A stretch of DNA of 64,000 bases from Escherichia phage SD2. The translations under genes were made by a program, and so were the position numbers. How positions within the stretch are numbered: position 1 is the first letter of the stretch; every line of letters begins with the position of its first letter. The notes under the pieces are model-generated. The model saw only the letters and a list, made by a program, of their open reading frames with translations, was not told the origin of the DNA and searched no databases. The DNA is taken from sequence record PQ821640. The stretch is one strand, 5' to 3'. Shown here piece after piece: positions 36,824 to 44,467 of the stretch.

Positions 36824-37063
36824 ATGGCTAAATCTAAAATGTACAACGGTCACAAAAATAAAACTCATTGGAATGTAAGCCTTTGGATTAATAACGATCC
36901 AGGTTTTTATAATATGGCAAAAGAATTTATAGCCGTGAACAACAATAAAGATAACGCCGCGCGTGAAATGATGTCATTACTTAACGAAATGGGCCAAAAT
37001 ACTACGCCAGATGGCTATAAATTCAGTAAAACCAGTATCCGCGCCGCTATGGTAGGAATGTAA
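36824..37063 (+). CDS. hypothetical protein (cassette 6)
   Basis: Start at MAKSK, Met20 of track ORF. Confidence 0.5.
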   Translation: MAKSKMYNGHKNKTHWNVSLWINNDPGFYNMAKEFIAVNNNKDNAAREMMSLLNEMGQNTTPDGYKFSKTSIRAAMVGM

Positions 37064-37072
37064 TAAAAGCAG

Positions 37073-37132
37073 TTGACAACGTTTTTTAATCTGGTATAGT
37101 TTATCACATAGGGCGGGAAATGGTTTCCCGCC
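37073..37132 (+). promoter_or_regulatory. cassette 7: promoter TTGACA + TGgTATAGT extended -10 + hairpin GGGCGGGAAATGGTTTCCCGCC
   Basis: Canonical hairpin. Confidence 0.65.
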
Positions 37133-37154
37133 AAATGAAAGAAAGGTTATCATT

Positions 37155-37382
37155 ATGGCTATCGTTATTGTTCGCGTATCCGGCACGGTTGGAATCTCCC
37201 AGGTAGTAGCAGTTATCACCGAGAAGAAAGGGGATGATCTTCACTCCTCCTTGAATAGCTGGGCGGTCGCTAATTTCGGGCAATGGTCGAGCGTTGAGTA
37301 TATCGAATCCTACCAGGTGCCAACGATTAGCCTAACCGATCTGAATGTTGATCGCTTATTGTGCCTGGATGGATTAAACTAA
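37155..37382 (+). CDS. hypothetical protein (cassette 7)
   Basis: ORF track 75 aa. Confidence 0.55.
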   Translation: MAIVIVRVSGTVGISQVVAVITEKKGDDLHSSLNSWAVANFGQWSSVEYIESYQVPTISLTDLNVDRLLCLDGLN

Positions 37383-37390
37383 AAATAATC

Positions 37391-37448
37391 TTGACAAGAT
37401 AACTAAAATCAGTAAAATGTAATGCATAGGGCGGCAATAGTGCCGCTC
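37391..37448 (+). promoter_or_regulatory. cassette 8: promoter TTGACA + hairpin GGGCGGCAATAGTGCCGCTC
   Basis: Hairpin identical to cassette 1. Confidence 0.6.
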
Positions 37449-37469
37449 ATAGTAAGAGAGATTATCAAA

Positions 37470-37685
37470 ATGGCTAATATCCGCACACTGTTAAAAAATG
37501 CAAGTCAAGTTTTATTTTCAGATGACGAGTATTTCAACAAAGACATTACAGGCGTGAAAAATTTAAAAGACGTGAAGGATGTTATCGGTATCCGTGGATC
37601 TTTACGTAAAGGTGACATATACGGTAACAAGGTGCAATATAAACTATCAAAAGATTATGATTTTACTTTGACAATTATTTCATAA
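37470..37685 (+). CDS. hypothetical protein (cassette 8)
   Basis: Start at MANIRT, Met17 of track ORF. Confidence 0.5.
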   Translation: MANIRTLLKNASQVLFSDDEYFNKDITGVKNLKDVKDVIGIRGSLRKGDIYGNKVQYKLSKDYDFTLTIIS

Positions 37686-37691
37686 AACTAC

Positions 37692-37752
37692 TTGCAAACC
37701 TGGTAAAATAAAGTAAACTATATTCATTAAGGCGGTGGAATAGCCCACCGCC
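37692..37752 (+). promoter_or_regulatory. cassette 9: promoter-like TTGCAA + hairpin GGCGGTGGAATAGCCCACCGCC
   Basis: Stem differs from canonical copy on both arms (GGTGG / CCACC) and still pairs. Confidence 0.5.
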
Positions 37753-37775
37753 TAACAAAGAGAAGAGGAAACATC

Positions 37776-37946
37776 ATGATCACTTTCGCTACCCGTGAAG
37801 CCGCTCGCAACGTTGCACGTAAAGTTAACGCCGCCAACCTGGGCGCTACGCTTAAAGCCCCGGTGAAAGATGAATCAGGAAAATGGATCTTTCCTGGTCT
37901 GCGTCACGCTGATAAGCTGGGGACATTAACGTTAAAAAATAAATAA
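37776..37946 (+). CDS. small protein ~56 aa (cassette 9)
   Basis: Manual ORF, RBS AAGAGGAAA; approximate. Confidence 0.4.
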   Translation: MITFATREAARNVARKVNAANLGATLKAPVKDESGKWIFPGLRHADKLGTLTLKNK

Positions 37947-37953
37947 TATCCGC

Positions 37954-38020
37954 TTGACAGTAGCATCATTTATAAGTAAAGTAACAACAACGGCGGGAAA
38001 ATTATTGGTTATATATTGCA
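37954..38020 (+). promoter_or_regulatory. cassette 10: promoter TTGACA + degenerate hairpin remnant (GGCGGGAAAATTATTGG)
   Basis: Hairpin 3' arm lost. Confidence 0.4.
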
Positions 38021-38076
38021 AGCATGATCATAACTTTGGCAAAATATCATAACGTAGCGTAATCGAGAGGAAAAAC

Positions 38077-38214
38077 ATGAACGCATCACAGCAGATCGAA
38101 AAATTCAACCGCAGCAAGGCGCGTAAAAATTGGAACGAAGAGATCACCAAGAAAGGCGATAAGCGGAACAAAACAAAAAGAGATCGCAGCACAAAAAGAC
38201 ACTGGAACGAATAA
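38077..38214 (+). CDS. very basic 45-aa protein (K/R-rich)
   Basis: Manual ORF MNASQQIEKFNRSKARKNW...; RBS GAGAGGAAAAA; followed by terminator; approximate. Confidence 0.4.
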   Translation: MNASQQIEKFNRSKARKNWNEEITKKGDKRNKTKRDRSTKRHWNE

Positions 38215-38216
38215 CA

Positions 38217-38245
38217 AAAAGGGCGCAATAAGCGCCCTTTTAGCT
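38217..38245 (+). terminator. rho-independent terminator
   Basis: AAAAGGGCGCAATAAGCGCCCTTTT. Confidence 0.7.
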
Positions 38246-38332
38246 TATATAGAGGCTTGTTACCCATAGGCAATGGTAACGCCAGGGCAAGCCTATAAAT
38301 CAACGTTAGACGGCTTTACAGGAGCTTTAAAA

Positions 38333-38515
38333 ATGAGATTAGAAGAAATAAGCAAGGCACTAGCCCAGGGGCAAAGGTTATGCGCCCGATATCGTGATCA
38401 ATATGGCTTTATAACTAGCGGCGTGATCCTGGGGATTGAAGGCAATAAAATTTTTATTGACACGTTGAAAAACGTTGTATATAGTGACAATATAATCTCA
38501 ATAAAACATATATGA
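38333..38515 (+). CDS. hypothetical protein
   Basis: Start at MRLEEISK after AGGAG RBS, within track ORF 38273-38515. Confidence 0.45.
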   Translation: MRLEEISKALAQGQRLCARYRDQYGFITSGVILGIEGNKIFIDTLKNVVYSDNIISIKHI

Positions 38516-38523
38516 GGCAAGAA

Positions 38524-38925
38524 ATGAAAAAATTATTGATCGCTGGTTTAATCTCTTTTGGCATGGTTGGAACATCTAGCGCGGCGATATCCTCCACAGT
38601 AGCAGAATTAAGCGCCGTTGATGCAATGGAAAACGTCATGATCATTAATAACGCGATCCCCGATGAAATCATGGAGGATTCACACATGATCGCTTATGGT
38701 GCTGTTACACAATTAACGGCAAAAATAGATAAATCTATTGTTAATGGCTTAAATGAAGATGTACCATGTGAAATTATTACCAGTGTGCTAACGACTCAAA
38801 ATTTTACGCCGTGGCTAAAAAGTATTCAAAAGGTACACAGCACCGCCGCAGATCGTAGCAATGAAAAACTAGTGTCAGCACTTGCAACGTATACCCTAGC
38901 AAAATGTACCGAGATAAAAGGTTGA
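38524..38925 (+). CDS. secreted protein with signal peptide
   Basis: MKKLLIAGLISFGMVGTSSAA signal peptide; RBS GAGG. Confidence 0.5.
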   Translation: MKKLLIAGLISFGMVGTSSAAISSTVAELSAVDAMENVMIINNAIPDEIMEDSHMIAYGAVTQLTAKIDKSIVNGLNEDVPCEIITSVLTTQNFTPWLKSIQKVHSTAADRSNEKLVSALATYTLAKCTEIKG

Positions 38926-38949
38926 CAATATAGAAAGCACGTTATAAGA
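38922..38949 (+). promoter_or_regulatory. promoter TTGACA-16-TATAAG (no hairpin)
   Basis: Sigma70-like boxes upstream of 38971 ORF. Confidence 0.5.
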
Positions 38950-38970
38950 TACACAACAAAGGAGAACCAC

Positions 38971-39273
38971 ATGAACGGCATAGCTAAAACGTTTTTTCTT
39001 TTTTCTGGTGTAAATGATCCATCAATAAAAGTCGATAGTGTAAAAGAAAACAATACTATCACCGCTAAATTGTTTCAAGATGAAACAAATAACGTGCTAA
39101 TCATTAATCTTAAAGAAATAACGAAAGGTTATTATACTATTGCTTACCATGCGATCTATCATGCGGGTACTAGTGAGGAAGTGCAAACAAGCAACAACGA
39201 AAGCGCGGCGCTACCTGGTGATCTGGTGCTGGGCGTTATCAGTTTAATTGTCAATGATTTTTTTAAGGAGTAA
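38971..39273 (+). CDS. hypothetical protein
   Basis: ORF track 100 aa; RBS AAGGAGAA. Confidence 0.55.
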   Translation: MNGIAKTFFLFSGVNDPSIKVDSVKENNTITAKLFQDETNNVLIINLKEITKGYYTIAYHAIYHAGTSEEVQTSNNESAALPGDLVLGVISLIVNDFFKE

Positions 39274-39277
39274 AACC

Positions 39278-39373
39278 ATGCCCTATTTACATTTATTTTT
39301 CGGTATCTTATTGACAGGATCTTTTTTCTTCTGTATGCTTGTTTCTATTGTAAACCACGTTTTAAGACATTAA
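39278..39373 (+). CDS. tiny hydrophobic peptide (~31 aa)
   Basis: Manual ORF MPYLHLFFGILLTG...; approximate. Confidence 0.25.
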   Translation: MPYLHLFFGILLTGSFFFCMLVSIVNHVLRH

Positions 39374-39382
39374 GGAAACAGC

Positions 39383-39502
39383 ATGAAAATTATTCCCGTA
39401 CAGTATAGCGTAATAAATCCAGCATATGAGGAAGGAAGGAAAACAAGCATGGCTTTATGTTGTATTACTACTATAGCCATGTTATTATATATTGTGTTTT
39501 AA
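39383..39502 (+). CDS. tiny hydrophobic peptide (~39 aa)
   Basis: Manual ORF MKIIPVQYSV...CCITTIAMLLYIVF; approximate. Confidence 0.25.
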   Translation: MKIIPVQYSVINPAYEEGRKTSMALCCITTIAMLLYIVF

Positions 39503-39531
39503 TAGGTTTTATAGTTGTACGCTTTAAAGGC

Positions 39532-39560
39532 TTGACAATTTTTTGTTATGCTTTAAAATA
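39532..39560 (+). promoter_or_regulatory. promoter TTGACA + TAAAAT
   Basis: Followed by mini-hairpin CGGCAAAGGCCG. Confidence 0.45.
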
Positions 39561-39602
39561 TATCTTGAAAACGGCAAAGGCCGCAAACAAAAGGGTAAAA
39601 TT

Positions 39603-39926
39603 ATGAAATCTGTGATCGGTGTTTATTTGGATAACTCTGATTTTTTCTATCATCGTGCGCGTTTCCTTGATGCGATTGAAATGATAGAATCAGGCTTTAA
39701 AGAGTATCGCCTTGCACATGATGACCTGGAAGCATTACAGGGCAATAGTGTTTTTACATTGCAAGCTAAAGCACTATGTAAAAGCCGGATCGACATTGCG
39801 AGCAAAAAGATAGAACGCGGCATGTCCTGGTTACGCACCGCAGAAATTAACATGGGGCAATGGTACGGCGAAAACTTAGAAAATAAACTCACTTTTGTAA
39901 ATGTAGAAAATCTTAAAGATTATTGA
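39603..39926 (+). CDS. hypothetical protein
   Basis: Start at MKSVIG, Met21 of track ORF. Confidence 0.5.
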   Translation: MKSVIGVYLDNSDFFYHRARFLDAIEMIESGFKEYRLAHDDLEALQGNSVFTLQAKALCKSRIDIASKKIERGMSWLRTAEINMGQWYGENLENKLTFVNVENLKDY

Positions 39927-39989
39927 TTGACAGCACGCCTGATAAGGAGTATATTGTATCTCATAGAGCGGGGAAATGGTTTCCCCGCC
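39927..39989 (+). promoter_or_regulatory. cassette 11: promoter TTGACA + hairpin AGCGGGGAAATGGTTTCCCCGCC
   Basis: Hairpin variant with one extra G-C pair. Confidence 0.6.
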
Positions 39990-40008
39990 TTAACAGAAGA
40001 GATAAGAT

Positions 40009-40293
40009 ATGAAAATCACAAAAGCACTTTTCAACTATGCAGCACGTCGCGGATTATGCTTATCCGTTGAAAATTTAGGAAAAGAAGATTTTTTGTGCTT
40101 TTGGGAGCTTGAGAATGATAATGAGTGGATCTTCTCTTATTCTATCTGCAAAGATCAAAATGGTTGCTTGTTAACCTGGCACGGTAATATCTATTTGCCG
40201 GAAGAAATAAAACAAGAATTACCAGGCACGATCATGACTGAGAAACAGCTTAAGGAAGTGATCAATTTTGTAAGGCAAAACATTAAAAAATAA
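40009..40293 (+). CDS. hypothetical protein (cassette 11)
   Basis: ORF track 94 aa. Confidence 0.55.
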   Translation: MKITKALFNYAARRGLCLSVENLGKEDFLCFWELENDNEWIFSYSICKDQNGCLLTWHGNIYLPEEIKQELPGTIMTEKQLKEVINFVRQNIKK

Positions 40294-40294
40294 T

Positions 40295-40355
40295 TTGACA
40301 GTAGGCAAACAACGTAGTAAAGTTTACCACATAGGGCGGGAAATGGTTTCCCGCC
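40295..40355 (+). promoter_or_regulatory. cassette 12: promoter TTGACA + hairpin GGGCGGGAAATGGTTTCCCGCC
   Basis: Canonical hairpin. Confidence 0.65.
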
Positions 40356-40373
40356 AGAATAGAGAGAACTAAA

Positions 40374-40478
40374 ATGATTATTCTTACCATGATGTGCGCG
40401 GCGGTTATTATTCCTTTGATAACGCTTATTGTTTCTGAGATCGATGATCTTCTCTTTGAAAGAAGTTTAAAAAAGTAA
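40374..40478 (+). CDS. tiny membrane peptide (~34 aa, cassette 12)
   Basis: Manual ORF MIILTMMCAAVIIPLITLIVSE...; approximate. Confidence 0.35.
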   Translation: MIILTMMCAAVIIPLITLIVSEIDDLLFERSLKK

Positions 40479-40540
40479 TTGACAACGGCTAATAAGCTGA
40501 TAATATGTATCACATAGGGCGGGGCAATAAGGCAACGCCC
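40479..40540 (+). promoter_or_regulatory. cassette 13: promoter TTGACA-TAATAT + hairpin GGGCGGGGCAATAAGGCAACGCCC
   Basis: Hairpin variant with enlarged loop. Confidence 0.55.
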
Positions 40541-40558
40541 ACTAATGAGGGTAGCATC

Positions 40559-40663
40559 ATGTTAGAGAAAATTTTCACGGTTGTAATAGTGGGCCTGGCG
40601 TTATCGGTTGGAGTGATTGCAACTATGGCTAACATGATCCTATCTTCCCACGGTATCGGCTAA
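40559..40663 (+). CDS. tiny membrane peptide (~34 aa, cassette 13)
   Basis: Manual ORF MLEKIFTVVIVGLALSVGVIATMANMI...; approximate. Confidence 0.35.
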   Translation: MLEKIFTVVIVGLALSVGVIATMANMILSSHGIG

Positions 40664-40677
40664 AAGAGAAACACAAC

Positions 40678-41064
40678 ATGAAAACAGAAATCATTATTGA
40701 AATCATCAACGGTTATAAAGAAGCCTTTATTTTTGCTGAATCAGCAAGGGATCATGAAGGTAATTTTATTGATAACTTAGACGATTATGATTTTTCAGAT
40801 CAAGCCCATCAACGGATCATTAATGACGTAGCGGCTTATTGTGATGCCAATGATGCTGCTATCTCTGAGGCAATGAGCGACGGCGCAACAGCAAACCAGA
40901 TCGGGAATGATTTACATTTTACCCGTAACGGTCACGGCGTAGGTTTTTGGGATCGCCCTGAAATATACACTACTAACACCGCCAACCGCCTAACAAATGC
41001 AGCTAGATTAATGCCATCGGTGCATGCTTACATTGGTGAAGATAATTTGATTTATATTGAATAA
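40678..41064 (+). CDS. hypothetical acidic protein
   Basis: ORF track 128 aa. Confidence 0.55.
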   Translation: MKTEIIIEIINGYKEAFIFAESARDHEGNFIDNLDDYDFSDQAHQRIINDVAAYCDANDAAISEAMSDGATANQIGNDLHFTRNGHGVGFWDRPEIYTTNTANRLTNAARLMPSVHAYIGEDNLIYIE

Positions 41065-41070
41065 AAAGTG

Positions 41071-41129
41071 TTGACACCGATCCCCAATATGGTATTATTT
41101 ACCACGTAGGCGGGAAATGGTTTCCCGCC
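41071..41129 (+). promoter_or_regulatory. cassette 14: promoter TTGACA + hairpin GGCGGGAAATGGTTTCCCGCC
   Basis: Canonical hairpin. Confidence 0.65.
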
Positions 41130-41153
41130 AGGTAATCAAAAAAGGTAAACATT

Positions 41154-41543
41154 ATGCGCAACCTGATTTCTGTTTCTAACGTTGAAAAATTTCAATCCTT
41201 GCAGGGTATCATTAACAACGTAGCGCCTTTTTTAGTCAATGGCTTGATTGCAAAGATGAAAAATAAACATCATGCGGCATGGTCTGCTTATTGCTTTGAT
41301 AATGATGAAAAAGCGGCTGAAATGATGTTAAATATGCTTTTGGATAGTGTAGAATCATCTTTACCGGAAAACATCGCAGAAGAGATCACCTATCGTTATA
41401 ATATGGCGATCACTTACCAGGAGGTTGCGCAATTCAACATGATGGATGATGACGAACAACAGGATCAAGAAATGTTCTGGGAGTATGCAGATCGTCAATC
41501 GGCTTTTGATGAAAAGTTAGCGATGTATTATAACGAATATTAA
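41154..41543 (+). CDS. hypothetical protein (cassette 14)
   Basis: ORF track 129 aa. Confidence 0.55.
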   Translation: MRNLISVSNVEKFQSLQGIINNVAPFLVNGLIAKMKNKHHAAWSAYCFDNDEKAAEMMLNMLLDSVESSLPENIAEEITYRYNMAITYQEVAQFNMMDDDEQQDQEMFWEYADRQSAFDEKLAMYYNEY

Positions 41544-41557
41544 TACACGGTAAAAGA

Positions 41558-41585
41558 AAGGGGCGCACTAAGCGCCCTTTTTTGT
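41558..41585 (+). terminator. rho-independent terminator
   Basis: AAAGGGGCGCACTAAGCGCCCTTTTTTTG. Confidence 0.7.
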
Positions 41586-41861
41586 ATTCTTTTTTCACGA
41601 TGGAAACAACACGTAAAGAATAGGCGTAAAGGTGGCGTAAAACAGCCTAAAACCGATTATAACCGCTTAAACAAGGTAGGGATGATTAATCACCTTACCA
41701 GGATGAAAAAGCCGTTATAAAGCTATCTAGAGCGTTTAAAGCACATAGGAAATAATTTGCTTTTTATCTTGCCTTTTATTCTGCTTTTGATTATTATTAT
41801 GGAACGGGCGGCACCTGGGAGCAGGGGAAGATAATCACCGGACGATCTTATTATATATTGA

Positions 41862-41880
41862 TAGCTTCCACCTATCAAAC
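41862..41880. promoter_or_regulatory. inverted repeat TGATAGCTTCCACCTATCA
   Basis: 6-bp arms TGATAG/CTATCA; second copy at 42753. Confidence 0.4.
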
Positions 41881-41928
41881 AACAAAACATTAAAGAAATA
41901 AACTATCAAATCTTTACAATCTCACCTA

Positions 41929-41987
41929 TTGACACCGGATCGCCCTTATACTAAGATGTATCACGTAGGCGGGAAGTGGTTTCCCGC
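41929..41987 (+). promoter_or_regulatory. cassette 15: promoter TTGACA-TATACT + hairpin GGCGGGAAGTGGTTTCCCGC
   Basis: Hairpin variant. Confidence 0.6.
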
Positions 41988-42006
41988 TCAATATAGGAAT
42001 CATATC

Positions 42007-42237
42007 ATGATCGAACAAATTAAACGCGCTGAGGCTATTAACGGCAATGTGATCTACTCTGTCAGCAATAACGAAAAAGGCGTACCTTATGCAGCGGTGA
42101 TAGTACAGCCTGACGGTGATTATTGGTTTACTGTATACGGATCTTATTCTTTTGGGCGTCCAGTACATGATAAAATTTTGAAAGTAGCTAATCCCACTGG
42201 GAAGAATATCACAGTAGAAAAATTCTTTGAAAAATAA
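42007..42237 (+). CDS. hypothetical protein (cassette 15)
   Basis: Start at MIEQIK, Met27 of track ORF. Confidence 0.5.
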   Translation: MIEQIKRAEAINGNVIYSVSNNEKGVPYAAVIVQPDGDYWFTVYGSYSFGRPVHDKILKVANPTGKNITVEKFFEK

Positions 42238-42312
42238 CTTGCTTTATAGCCTCTGTTAATTTATAGTTATCGTGTAGGGCAAGCAATTTTAAACGGTAAA
42301 CGAGGAATCTCC

Positions 42313-42696
42313 ATGAGCAATATCATCAACCTGGCGGCTACTGTAAACGGTAAAGATTTTAACGGCGCTGTAGATCGTGATCCTATGTGGTACTTGTCAG
42401 TATTTAAAGGCGATCTGGTTGAAGTTAGAACAACCGAAGGGTATAGCGATGATTATAAATGCGAGATCCATTTACATAACTGGTACACGGGGAAAACTTA
42501 TGCGCTAAACCATGCGTTTATCGGGAAAATTGAATATCGCGAGATGATCGACGAAGAAACGGGGCAAGATTTTAGCGATTATGTTTATATTCGTTCAGAA
42601 ACATTAGCCGAACGTTTGATCGAGAAAATGAAAGCAAAAAATAAAATTAATTTAGCTCATTGGCTTGATATAACAAACGATCCGGCTTATAAGTAA
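42313..42696 (+). CDS. hypothetical protein
   Basis: ORF track 127 aa; RBS ACGAGGAA. Confidence 0.55.
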   Translation: MSNIINLAATVNGKDFNGAVDRDPMWYLSVFKGDLVEVRTTEGYSDDYKCEIHLHNWYTGKTYALNHAFIGKIEYREMIDEETGQDFSDYVYIRSETLAERLIEKMKAKNKINLAHWLDITNDPAYK

Positions 42697-42711
42697 ATAA
42701 CATTTCACACC

Positions 42712-42740
42712 AGGGCGCACAAAGCGCCCTTTCTTTTTTA
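42712..42740 (+). terminator. rho-independent terminator
   Basis: AGGGCGCACAAAGCGCCCTTTCTTTTTT. Confidence 0.7.
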
Positions 42741-42752
42741 CCTAAATAAAGA

Positions 42753-42772
42753 TGATAGCTTTTACCTATCAA
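42753..42772. promoter_or_regulatory. inverted repeat TGATAGCTTTTACCTATCA
   Basis: Second copy of TGATAG-N-CTATCA site, again just downstream of a terminator. Confidence 0.4.
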
Positions 42773-42939
42773 AAACGTTCACCGAAAAAAGTGAATAGAT
42801 CGCGGTATCGAGCTAATCAAGGAGCAGATGAACAACCATACCATGAAGATCATAAGGCGCTTACAACGTGTTTTAGACCGCTTATTTTTAATTTCTTCAT
42901 GTAACTATCTGGCAAAAACAGCCTTTTTCTTGTCTTTCC

Positions 42940-43020
42940 TCTTAAATGATAATCATTCTTATTTATAGCTGATTATTTATGCAATAAACTGAATAATGTA
43001 ATAATGATAATCATTCTTAA
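42940..43020. promoter_or_regulatory. two Fur-box-like sites (AAATGATAATCATTCTTAT; ATAATGATAATCATTCTTAA)
   Basis: 14-16 of 16-18 positions match Fur consensus. Confidence 0.45.
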
Positions 43021-43844
43021 CTTAAGACCATCTAACCTATAAAATAATAAGTTATCTAACTAAATTAAAACTAATTATCTCACCTTTATTTATAACTTAC
43101 TGTTACTATCTCATTGATAACCTTATATTAAACAACAATAACTAATATAAATTATTACTAAGCTAAATATAATCTATCTAACCTTTAAAACTATAATTAT
43201 AATCTATCGAATTGTTGCACAAAGTAACTATTAAATTGTTAGTAACATTACTAAATAATTAATATCCTATCTATTTATGATCTAATCTTTACCTTCCTAT
43301 TTATTACCTAAATAATCATTTCATACCGTAATCATTTCATACAATAATTATAACAAGAAATATAATTAACAAGCGTATCATTAGCAGCCTATGCCGGACA
43401 CATAGGCGGCTAATAATAACGCAACTACACACCCCACATAATAACCATCACCGATAGTTATTATTTGTGCTTATGTAGCTTGCAACAACTGCAAGCGCAA
43501 CAATATACATGGTATATTGTATTCCCTTACATTGTTGCGGTGCGTTATTATTAGCTAATGTTTGGAACATTGGCTATAATATAAGCTATCCAATAATAAA
43601 CATAGTGAATAATAACCCTGATGATCATAATGCGCCACCTTCCAGGGGGCGCTATGTGAACACAAAGAAATCTTTCTTGTCAAGAAAAATATTACCATTA
43701 TTGCGCAAAATTATTTACATCTGAATAGATGGTTTTTCATACTATTGCCCCATATAGCCTATCATTTGTTGAGCCTACTTTCTTAAAAGCGCAATAAATT
43801 AGAATTATCTTGATTTTTAGGGCGTTTTATAGTATAGAAAATAT

Positions 43845-43865
43845 GCAAATGATAATCATTATCAG
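43845..43865. promoter_or_regulatory. Fur-box-like site GCAAATGATAATCATTATCAG
   Basis: 16/17 match to GATAATGATAATCATTATC. Confidence 0.5.
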
Positions 43866-44029
43866 TTATCTTCCACGGGTGGCACTATTTCACGCAGGAT
43901 CATTTCATTTGGCAAGGTGTATATAGATGTTTAGACTTGCCAAGCCATTGATTTGCTTAGAATTTATCTGTTTTGTTGTGAGTAATGCCTTTCTTGCTCA
44001 GAAAATAATCAAAAGTCTTATAAGTCATT

Positions 44030-44062
44030 GAATGATAATGCAAATGATAATAATTCTCATTG
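44030..44062. promoter_or_regulatory. Fur-box-like tandem site GAATGATAATGCAAATGATAATAATTCTCATTG
   Basis: Overlapping GATAAT hexamer repeats. Confidence 0.4.
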
Positions 44063-44179
44063 ATATTTGAGGGGGACGGTCAGCAGAAATCGGGGGGCGC
44101 TGAAAATCGCGTTAAGCACCTCTCGCAAGCGAGCAGTATTTTGCGGCAAGTTATTGATATTATTGACTTTACGCTTATG

Positions 44180-44290
44180 AAAAGGGGGTGTGTCGAAATA
44201 AATCGGGTATACCGGAAAATTTTTGTGGCATAGATATTTATTTGTCTATATTATGTACAAAGGGGTGTGTTAAAAATATTAGGTATATAT
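44180..44290 (+). promoter_or_regulatory. two copies of AAAGGGGTGTG-N-AAATA-N-T(C/T)(G/A)GGTATA motif
   Basis: 44180-44210 and 44259-44290; upstream of the 44468 operon. Confidence 0.35.
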
Positions 44291-44467
44291 AGAATAATTG
44301 ATAGGGAAATCCTATACTAAATCCTTCATTATTGCAGCGGGTGAAAGACAGAATCGAAGATGCAAATAATGCTTGCATTGGATAGAAATGTCTGTATAGT
44401 GGTTTGCATACCGCGCACGACGCGTTTCCATTTTCAATAAAATGTTAGCATTATGGGGAGGTAGAAA

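Noticed and set aside
34105-42240. Possibility that the recurring GC-rich hairpins are a CRISPR array
   Set aside because: The repeats are spaced irregularly (300-600 bp), each sits between a promoter and an RBS/ORF, the intervening sequence is protein-coding, and the repeat is an imperfect palindrome with compensatory variation, unlike CRISPR direct repeats.
43509-43724. 71-aa ORF in the 1.7 kb AT-rich noncoding hub
   Set aside because: No RBS, unusual composition, and it overlaps palindromic and repeat sequence; more likely noncoding.
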